Shown here in pieces: positions 40,622 through 52,858 of a DNA stretch of 64,000 bases. The notes under the pieces were generated by a model, which did not search any database, had not been told where the DNA came from, and worked only from the letters and a program-made list of their open reading frames with translations. The translations under genes were made by a program, and so were the position numbers. The stretch is from the human T2T-CHM13v2.0 reference genome, Homo sapiens, in the NCBI RefSeq assembly GCF_009914755.1, contig NC_060935.1. One strand, given 5' to 3'. How positions within the stretch are numbered: the stretch's first letter is position 1; each line of letters starts with the position of its first letter.

Positions 40622-42104
40622 TCCGGGGTGGGGGATAGTTGAGGACCTCATCGAGGGAGGGGTTGGGCGGCGGGGAAGGGAGCGAGCGTGGCGGGGGACC
40701 CGAGGCACGCTCTCGAGCCAACGAGCGTGATGCGCTCGAGTGTGGGCGGGGACTGAGGGAAGAAGTGAAAATCGGACTGCCAGGCGACAGTTCCTCCGTT
40801 TGAAATCTCGCCGGCTCCTGAGCGGGCCACCGGGCCCGGGCTGGGGGTCTGGCGGGTGAGTGAGCAGCGGGTCGGGACGCGGGAGAGGGGCACTGGGCAC
40901 GGGGCCCTGGTTTGCTTGCTCTGTTCATCGTTGGCGAGTGAGGCCAGGCCTTCCGAAGCTTGCTGGGATACTTCTGTGGCAGGCTTCCCCCCGGGTCCAA
41001 ATCCGGGGCTAGCCCAATCTTATGCCATCTTTGGCCAGCTGGGAAAGTTGGAAAGCTTTTTTGTTTTTTCCTTTTCTTGCATTGGATTTAAAAATGTCCC
41101 TCTACCTCTGGCACCGCTCTCCTCACTTGGCTTCAGCGACTCCCTGTCCGTTCTCCTAACTCAGTCCTTGGCAGTAGAAAGCTCCCTTCTACTCGGCGCA
41201 CTCCATCTCTTGCGTTATCAGCTTTTCAGCGTTGACTCGCCAAACTATTCCAGCCAGACCTCTTTCCTGAGCTCAGACCTGCTTACTGTCATCGTCAGCC
41301 TTCCCCGGTCCCTCCGATCTGTTTCTCCTCTTGTATTTTTTTATCTCAATGAAGGGCTTCACCATTCACTCAGCCAAGTCTGTCCCTTTAATTTATTCAT
41401 CTAATAAATACAGCAAACATTTGTCGGACATGCCCTGTCTTCTAGGCAGTGTAGTAGGTGGGGCTGCCTATTGGACGAGGCATAGAAATGAACACATCTA
41501 GAAATGATAGTCACAGTGTTCTGGCTTTAGTGCTCTGATTTCCCTCCTCTCTCCCGAAGTTCAAGTCCTGTATTCTGCCTCTTAATTCCCCTAGAATCTG
41601 GCGCTTCCTTTCCATCCTCACAGACACTGACTTAGTTCATAATTTCTTGCTTGTGCTTTCAGGATAACTTCCGAAGTGGTCTCTCTGCCTCAGTTCTTGT
41701 CCTCCTGTAATTAGTTCTTATGCAGCTGTCAGAATCATTTATTTATTTTAGAGACAGGGTCTTGGTATGTTGCCCAGGCTGGAGTGCAGTTGGTATTCAC
41801 TGGTGTGACCCTAGTACACTGCAGCCTCGAACTCTTGCCCTCAAGCCATCCTCCCACCTCAGTCTCCTTAGTAGACGGGACTACAGGCATGCACCACTAT
41901 TCTTGGCTAGAATCGTCTATCTGACCTACAGATCTGGTCATGCCAGTCTCCTTTGTGAAATCCTGTGATGGCCCCTCATCATTTACAGGATAGAGCCTCT
42001 GTTCTTCCAGGCCCTTTATAATATGCTCTTGCCTTTCATTCTAGAGCTCTGTCTTGCCACTCCTCCCACTGTCCCTTGCACTCTGGTCATGTCAGAATGG
42101 TTAA

Positions 42105-42537
<433 letters not shown>

Positions 42538-43090
42538 TGAAAAGTGAAGATAATTCTATTTTGCTGAGTGGATGAAGTGAGATGATGTATATAGAGCACT
42601 CAGTACAGTTCCTGTAACATAGGAAGTGTTCAGTGGCTATAAGCTTTTGTTGTCATAATTAATTCTTTGCACCCACCTTATGATTTTCTTCTTTTTTGCC
42701 TTTGTGCATGTTGTTCCTCTGCCGTGAATTCCCTTACTCCGCTTATCCTGGGGATCACCTGCTTATCCTTCAAGAACTATCTCAATTGTCCTCTGTGAGG
42801 CTTTCCCTGATCTTCCTAAGATTATTTGCCCTTACCTTTGTGTTCTGTTATATATTATGTTACTTCCTTTAATGCATGTAACACATTTTGTAGTCATGTG
42901 TTTACGTGTTTGGCTTTCCAGGTAGGCTGAGCTCAAGTTCAGGGCCATGTGTAATCAGGTTTGTAGCCCTAACACGTCGCACAATGTCTGGCCCATGGTG
43001 GGTGTTCAGTAAGTGATTACTTGGCGCTGTGACTCACGCCTGTAATCTCAGCACTTTGGGAGGCCAAGGCGGGCGGATCACCTGAGGTCA

Positions 43091-43294
<204 letters not shown>

Positions 43295-44926
43295 TCAAAA
43301 AAAAAGCAAAGAAAAAGTGATTACTTAATGTCTGAATGGCCTTAACTTATATTGCCTGGTGCTGGATATGTCCTTTGGAGCAAGGTAGAATAAACCCTTT
43401 TAAATAGGTGAATAGCAGTCATAATAATGTAATGTCTAACATTTATTGAGACCTTAGTATATTTTAAGCACTTTACATGTATTGAATCATATAAGCCTCA
43501 CAACACATTGTGATGGATATTGTTAGTACTCTCATTTTATAGATGAGAAAACTGAGGCTGTCCAGCTAGTAAGAGGCAGAGCTGGGATTGAAAGCCAAGA
43601 ATGTTCCAAAGCCTTTGCTCATTACCACTGCGTAATCAACTCTGACATCTTCCACCTTCTCCCCTTTACCTTCTCCAGTCAATCTTTTCTGTGGTCAACC
43701 TTCTTTGTAATTGTTGGAGCAGGGTGGAAGAAATAAATATACAGAGAACCCTCATTATGTCTGTGAGTGTATATTCTCTGTTAGTGTGCAGATGTGCAAA
43801 ACTCTAGCTATGCTGACAAAGTACAGGGCAAGGTAGCCACAATATTGAAGGACTGGGAAACGATATGTACTGAATGGAAGAGAACTGGGAATACTTAGCC
43901 TACCTTAGCTAGAGAATCCTAGGGTGTTCCCAGATGAGCAGAAGGCAGACTTGAGATACCAGGGAACATTTTTTTAGAACCTGATTATTGGCTTACTATT
44001 AGACCTTCTAATAGTTAAGAATTATCTAACTATGGAATTGAAAATAGAATCTGTAATACTAGCTAAATTTGTGTAACATTTTCTGTATACAGGGACTGTG
44101 CTAGGCACTTTATAAGTGTTGTTTCATTTTACTTTCAGGCTTTTTGATTTTTGTTAAGATTGTTTTAATTATACACATGCAGTTATTGAGGCTGAGAGAG
44201 GTGAAGCACCTTGCCTAAGGTCATACAGCTGCTAAGTGAGAGAGCTGGGATTTGAATCCAGGTCTTCTGTCTCCAAAGCTGGTACTTTGACCACTATGCC
44301 GCCTGTCACTGGAAGCACAGAGAGGAAAATTTTGGCATGGGAAGGAAGGTGGACCAAAACTACTGCGGATCTTCCTAGCTTCTGAGATTGCTGGTGTATT
44401 TTTTTTTTTTTTCAGATAGGGTCTCACTCTGTTGCCCAGGCTGGAGTATGGTGGTACAATCATAGCTCACTGCAGCCTCGAACTCCTGGTCTCAAGTGAT
44501 CCTCCCACCTCTGCCTCCCCACTTTACACTCTTTATGTAACTCTGTCTTCCTTTCCATCTGATCACATAGCTCCTGCCTCAGCCTTCCGAGTAGCTGGGA
44601 CCACAGGTGCACGCCACCATGCCTGGCTAATATATATATATATATATATATATTTGTGGAGACAGGGTCTTACTATATTGCTCAGGCTGGTCTTGAGCTT
44701 CTAGGCTCAAGTGATCCTAGGCCTTGGTCCCCCATAGTATTGGGATTACCGGTGTGAGCCACAACACCCGGCCTATTCCTTGGTTTTATATTAGCAGTTA
44801 CAGCAGTAACTGAGCTCCGACAGCTTACATAGGCTTATTTTAGGCTTTGTTGGAAAATTCCAGAGGAGGAGACATGGCCCTCAGAAGTTTGTGGTTTAAC
44901 AGGAGAGGTAAGAAGACACATTTTCA

Positions 44927-45297
<371 letters not shown>

Positions 45298-46139
45298 TCA
45301 GTGCTAAGGTGGTTCTGGGTTGACAGGAGAGGATAAAATTGGCTGGGAAGGCTTCCTGGAGGAAACGTGTGAGCCACTCCTTTTTTGCCTGATTCTGAGA
45401 TTGGTAGGAGATGCATGAGTGCAGTTGGGTGACCCCTCCTAACTCTGGCTCACAGAAGGTCTCAGGCTAGGCAGCAAGTAGATCTCACTGGATTTCATCT
45501 CATCTATTGGTAACTGCTACGTAGTGAACAATGTTGAGGGTTCTGAGGCCATGTCTAGGGTGCCATAATTGACTAGTGATGTCCTTCACAGTTTTAGGCC
45601 TGGAGGAAAATAGTAGGACATGTCCTATTTGTTTGCCATGGCAGATCTAAGGGCTGCATTCTCATTTATTGATTTATTTTAGAGACAGGTCTTGCCCTGT
45701 CACCCAGGCTGGAGTGCAGTGGTGTTATCATAGCTCACTGTAGCCTTGAACTCCTGGGCTCAAGGGATCCTCCCACCTGAGCCCCCCAAGTAGCTGGGAC
45801 TACAGGTGTGTGTCACCATGCATGGCTGATATTTTTAATTTTTTGTAGAGACAGGGTCTCACTATGTTGACCCAGCTAGTCTCAAACTCCTGGCTTCAAG
45901 TGATCCTCCTGCTTTAGCCTCCCAAAGCCCTGTTATTACAGGTGTGAGCCACAGTGCTTGGCCCAAGGGCTGCATTCTTAGACTTCTCATCCTCTGTTAC
46001 CACTCCAACTCAGGTTACCATTGCCTCTTACCTAGCCTAGCTCATGGTTTTCTACCTTATTTCTCTGCATCAGCCCTGATTTTCTTCTTTCCAATCTGGC
46101 CTCCGCTTTAGGGTGTACTCCTAGTAGCTTCTGGAGTAG

Positions 46140-46370
<231 letters not shown>

Positions 46371-47148
46371 TAAGACAGGGTCGTCTTATGTTGCTCACGG
46401 TGGTCTTGAACTCCTGGGCTCAAGCGATCCTCCTGCTTTGGCCTCCCAAAGTGCTGAGATTGCAGGTGTGAGCCACTGTGCCCAGCCCTAGTTCTGTTAT
46501 GATAAAGGGCAAGTCTGCATGGCCTGGCTCCCACTGGCCTCCCCAGCATCCTATCCAACTGTGCTGCTTCTTGCCTCGTGTTGCCTTCTGCTGAAGGACT
46601 TTTGCATGCATCTGTTAGAACACGCTTTCCTTTTTTTCTTTGTCTAGTGAATACCTACTCATCATTCAGTTCTCAGTGTAGGCATCATCTAAATCAGGCT
46701 TATTTCCTTCAGAGCACTTCCCTCGGTTCTAATTATACATTTCTCTGTGACTGATTGGTTTGTCTCCCTCCCTTCCCAGACGAGCTCAAGAGTAGCAGCA
46801 GCTGAATCTGTTTTTAATCACGATTGCATCTCTAGCGCCTAGAAATAAATGCACGTGGTAGGTGCCCAATAAATATTCCTCGAGTGAGTAGATGATCTTT
46901 AGTAGCCATCCTGCTACTACATACAGACAAATAGATATGACTTCTGTTCCCACGTTCCTTTTTTCTTTAACTCATTGGCCTTTTGGACCTGTCCTTGCCC
47001 ACATCTTTTCTAGAGCCTGATAAGGTAAGGAAAGAAGGTAGAATACAACCCACCCATATTTTAATTTTTTTCTGGCAGAACATTTATTTGAATTTGGATG
47101 ATCCATGAATTCAGATTTCCCAGAGTTTTCCTGATCTTTAAGTAGTTA

Positions 47149-47469
<321 letters not shown>

Positions 47470-48233
47470 TCATTATGTATATAGCAAATTAGTCTTGTTG
47501 CCATGTGGACAGAGACTACCTGTCCTGTGCTTGCTGGAGATGGGATGCATCTAGGGGATGACATTTCTCAAATGCAGAATTTCTCAAATTCTCTGAGGTA
47601 GTTAAGATAGTACCTCGTATAGAGCACATGCTTGGGAAGTGCTTATTCACCCTAATGTTCAGGCCACCATTGGGCCCTCCCTGCCCGTGGATCCTTTCCT
47701 TTTTTCTTCTCCTCTCCCTAAGAGGATTAAAGATTCAGGTGACTCTGTAAGCCACCAGGCAGTGGGCCCCATCTGCCACCCGGGTTCCTGGTCCTTTTCT
47801 GCTCAGCTTTTTAGTCAGCAGTGGTCAGGCCTGCGTCGCCTCTGACTGTGTGTGTAGCACAGTGGGGCATCATGTCTGCAGGATGTTACGGGTTCTTCTG
47901 AGGGTTGGGAGCACATTCCCACTTCAGCTTATGTACTGTTGAAAGAAGCCCTTTTCCTTTGGTGTTTTCTTCCTGCTTGGAGGTGGCATGGTGGGAATGA
48001 GGGGCAGAAGCTGGCTCCCTTCAGGTTCAGTGCACTGACAAAGGGAACCATGTCTTGTGAGTCCTAAGGCAGGACTCCTCTGTTGCCCACCCGTTAGCTG
48101 TCATGGTACAGAGGGGGGCCATAGTAAACAATCCCTGATGGATCCTTTGTTGCTTGTCAGGGGTCTCTAGGAACCTTGGAATAGGTTCAGAGTCTCCAGA
48201 TCCAGCCATTTCCTTTCTAGGCCAGATCTTGAC

Positions 48234-49338
48234 TTTTTTTTTTTTTTTTTTCAACCAGGAGAAATAACTTTATTTGGACTGAGAGCTGGAGAATGAGAAT
48301 AGGACCTGAGAGTATATTGGGCTAAGGAGGAGAGGTAAGGTTCCAAAACGGCGGTCAAAGCTCATCGACTAAACGGACTCTACTTCCCACCAAACTTGCA
48401 GTTAGTGCAACCAACAAAAGGCCTGCTGGGGAATGTATTTGCCACTAAATTCCCCAAGTATGCCAACATTACAAAAAAGATAGAGGTTTCTAATCATAAT
48501 TAAATTTCCACAAACCTCCCCAATCACAAGTATTATAAGCAGAAGTAAAAAAAAATCACATTTTACAGATCTCAAACTTGTCTTCAATATTTAGTTCATC
48601 ATCTTCAAAAAAATAGCTCCCCTGCTAAACTCATTAGCTATCTGATCTATCCAAGCAGCAAGAAGATGGCCAGGCCATGGCAATCCTCTTCCCATTTTCC
48701 CTATCCATTCAGGGCTCAACAGCAGGGTGAGGCTCAGGTTGGGGGTGGGGTGGGGGGAGCACAAGGGCTACTTTCCCCCAGTACAACATGGCTTCTGAAG
48801 CTTGATGGGAGAGCAGAACTGGTGAGACTTGAGGGAAGGGTCCAGGGCCTGTATTCAGTCAGAATCGCTGCTGGAAGAGGAGGAGAAAGAGGAGGAGGAA
48901 TGCTTGCCATGCTTTTGGTGCTTGTGCATCTTTTTATGAGCTTTCTTCATTTTATTCTGCATCTTCTTGTCCGCTGTCACTGCTGGTCTGACCATGCCAG
49001 GAGCCAAGAGATTCACAGGAGGGATTCCAGGGGCAGGCGGTGGGTATGGAGGAAGGTGGGGACCCGAGGATTGGCATCCTGGATACCCTGGCTGTGGTAC
49101 AGGATGAGGGGCCCCACCTGGGAGGAAAGCTGGATTGCCCTGGGGAACTCCTAGGGGAGGAGGACAGGGGCCTGGGGGAAAGGGTGGATTGATAGGTGGT
49201 GGGTGGGCAGGATTGGAACCTCCAGGGCACCCAGTGTTGGGGGATATGGATTTGGCCCTGGCTGTCTGGCATTGGGATTCCACATGTTTAGGTGTGTCCT
49301 CCAGCCTTTCCACGGCTGCCTGGGCTTGATGCGTTCTA
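48234..49338 (-). pseudogene. PRR13P3: Processed pseudogene (retrocopy) of PRR13, proline-rich protein 13
   Basis: Intronless MWNPNARQPGPNPYPP/NTGCPGGSNPAHPPPINPP...KKAHKKMHKHQKHGKHSSSSFSSSSSSDSD* (ATG 49285, stop 48855) with a 1-nt deletion in the C run 49239-49243. 3'UTR, AATAAA 48269-48274, A18 tail. Degenerate TSD ccagatcttgac 48222-48233 / ccagatcctgatgttttt 49339-49356 at a TT/AAAAA site. Parent identity is secure; the P3 number is from memory. Confidence 0.92.
48259..48334 (+). other. CEP164: CEP164 76-nt non-coding 5'UTR exon derived from the antisense strand of the PRR13 retrocopy 3' end
   Basis: TTGAC-T18-CAACCAG| acceptor and GAG|GTAAGG donor; length fits my recollection that the CEP164 ATG is in exon 3, preceded by a c.-97..-22 exon. 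Confidence 0.72.
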
Positions 49339-49734
49339 CCAGATCCTGATGTTTTTAATGGCTGGGCCTTTCTGCTTGAAGAGGGCCGTTTCATCCTTGC
49401 TGCTCCAGGAGGAACAGTGGCAGCTTCTGAGGAAGTGGGGACTGGAGAGGTCAGGACTTGTGGCTCCAGACTCCTGTTGGTCACATTTGGTGTGGCCAAC
49501 TGCTCTGCAGGTTGGGGAGGTGCTCTGAGCAGGTCTGTGTGTGGCAGCAGTTTCCCAGGCGACTTCCTTCATCAGGCTGCAGCATGGGAGCTGCCATGGG
49601 GAGAGTTGGTGGGAACTGGGGTCCTGAGGTAGGGGTGGGAAGAGAGGAGCAATTCTAGAAGTGCACCAGCTTCTCAGTTGAAGAATTTGGCACCGCCCCA
49701 TCCCTGGAGCTAGAAACCTTGGATTCAAGCTGGA

Positions 49735-50220
49735 CTTCTGTCTTCGCTTGGGCTGCCGTAACACAATACCGTAGACTGGGGGGCTCCAACAACAGAAATC
49801 TCTTTTCTCATAGTTCTGGAAGCTAGAAGGCCCATATCAAAGTCTGTTGCTGGTTCCTGTCTTGCAGACAGCTGCCTTCTTGCTGTGTCCTCAGATGGTA
49901 GAGAGAGACCTCTAAGCCACTAGACAGTGGGCCCCATCTGCTGCCCTGGTTCCTGGTCCTTTCTTCCTCTCCTTTTAATCCTATCAGGCCATTTAACCTT
50001 AATGACCTCATTTAACTTTAATTACCTCCTAAAGAACCAGTCACATTGTGGATTAGGGCTTCAATATGTGTATTTTTCTTACTTTGAGAGGCTGAGGCGG
50101 GAGCATTGCTTGCACCCAGGAGTTCAAGACCAGCCAGGGCAACATAGTGAGACACCATCTCTGTAAAAAAAAAAAAAAGTAAAATATATACATATGTGAA
50201 TTTTGAAGGGATGTAGCTCC
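49735..50220 (-). mobile_element. MaLR LTR (MLT1A-like), interrupted by an Alu monomer fragment (~50086-50180)
   Basis: Plus strand gggctgccgtaacacaatacc...agttctggaagctagaag...tgacctcatttaactttaattacctcc...cacattgtggattagggcttcaa matches the reverse complement of MLT1A-type LTRs. Confidence 0.75.
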
Positions 50221-51237
50221 TTTCCACTTTTCCCCCATATCCTGGTCCTATTAAGCTTAACATCACTGGGTCTGTTCTGACTGTCTCTTCTTCATTCCCC
50301 TGCTTCTGCCCTAGTTAAAGTCCTTATCATCTCGCCCCTGGGCAGCAGCCTCCTCAGGTGGTTTTCCTGACACCAGTCTCTCATTTCTCCAATCCAGCCA
50401 TGCCAGTCTTGCCAGAATTCTTGTCCTAAAAAAAGGCCACCCTGTGATACTTTGTTTCACCAGAGCCCTCAGTGACTCCCCTCTGGTGTAGGACAGGGTG
50501 GAGGCTCTTTAGCACGGTCTGCAAGGCTCACTGTGACCAGCCGGTCACACATGTTGGTATCCCCACTCTGGAACACCTGTCTGTGCAAGATGCTCCCTCT
50601 GTTTAGAATGCCTTTCTCCCCCATCAGAATTCTTGCCAGCCTTCCTTCCTTCCTTCCTTTTTTTGGGGAAATTTTTTGCCCTTATCTTAGCACTCTCAGA
50701 ACAGGAAGTTTTTTTCCCTTCTGCCTTCTGCTGCTCTTGAGGTCGTTCCCGCCACTGGATTGTAAGCTTCCTGAGGGCATTTTGGATATGAATCGGGACA
50801 TCCAGATGGGCATATGTGTTGAGATGGGGGTGTGCCACGGAGATGTGCTGGTGTATGGGGGTCTGTGCTGCTGGTTATTTTGGTGTCACTAGGATTTTTA
50901 CTTGGTGGTTCTGTATTATAATTGTTTCTTCTATCTGGGGGAGGCACAAAGTCAAACTCTTGACAGAGCCAGGCTTGAAGATGTTTTGTGGTTCACCAGG
51001 TGTTCATCAAGCCTTTGGGAGACCTTTGCCAGGTGCAGAGCCTGTGAGCCTTGAGTTGTTGGTTTCACCCTCCACTATACCTGGCGCCTGGGAAGGCCCT
51101 GGCCAAATTGCTCTGCAGGGTCTGGTTTGACCCAGATGCTCCATGACCCAGTGCCAACTTTTCCCCTGTTAAGCTTGGTCACTGATTTTTCTCTTTTGGT
51201 GGGGGCCTCTGGGATCTAGGTGTTTGAGCCCAGATGA

Positions 51238-51955
<718 letters not shown>

Positions 51956-52621
51956 GAGCAGTGATTAGATTTAAATGGAAACATAGTAGGGGGTATCTAA
52001 ATACAGTGTGTTCTGAGACCAGGGGAAACCCAATTTCCTAAGCACGAACTTAGAGCAGTGTTTTTTTAAACAACAATAACATTATTAGTAACAATAACAA
52101 CATAACTTATTATGTGCCAGCGTCTGTTTTAAGCACTTTGCATGTATTACCTTATTACCTTTTCCTTTGTTTTTTTTTTTTTTTTTTTTTTTTTTTTTGA
52201 GACAGAGTCTCACTCTGTCACCCAGGCTGGAATGCAGTGGTATGATCTTGGCTCACTGCAACCTCTCTCTCCCGGGTTCAAGCGAATCTCATGCCTCAGC
52301 CTCCTGAGTAGCTAGAACTACAGGTGCCCACCACCACACCTGGGGAACTAATTTTTGTATTTTTAGTAGAGAAGGGGTTTTGCAGTGTTGGCCAGGCTGG
52401 TCTCAAACTGACCTCAAGTGATCTTCCCACCTCCACTTCCCAGAGTGCTGGGATTACAGGCGGGAGACACCATGCCTGGCCCATGTATTACCTTTTCAAC
52501 CCTCACTGCAACTCCATGAGTTAGGTACTATTATTATCCCCATTTTACAGATGAGGAAATCAAGGCACAGAAAGATTAACTTCCTGTGGATATACAGTTC
52601 TATTCTAAGTGGTGTTGCTAG

Positions 52622-52858
<237 letters not shown>

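Larger units (their letters stand above)
40350..41000 (+). promoter_or_regulatory. CEP164: CEP164 CpG-island promoter: CCAAT 40406-40410, inverted CCAAT 40440-40444, GC box 40454-40463, RFX X-box-like CGGTTGCTAGGC 40467-40478, ETS/GABP CCGGAAGTG 40489-40497
   Basis: CpG-dense segment upstream of the CEP164 coding exons; an RFX motif fits a ciliary gene. Confidence 0.8.

Noticed and set aside
40229-41404. Several 120-185 aa ORFs on both strands at the CEP164 promoter
   Set aside because: GC-rich island artefacts; their peptide repeats only mirror the 45-bp and 12-bp DNA repeats
44518-44532. 15-nt match (CCCACTTTACACTCT) between the Alu insert and the minus strand at 8311-8325
   Set aside because: A few 15-mer matches are expected by chance in a 64-kb two-strand self-comparison, and it does not extend
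48666-49154. 162-aa plus-strand ORF over the retrocopy
   Set aside because: Antisense shadow of the low-complexity PRR13 frame; intronic, with no splice or start support
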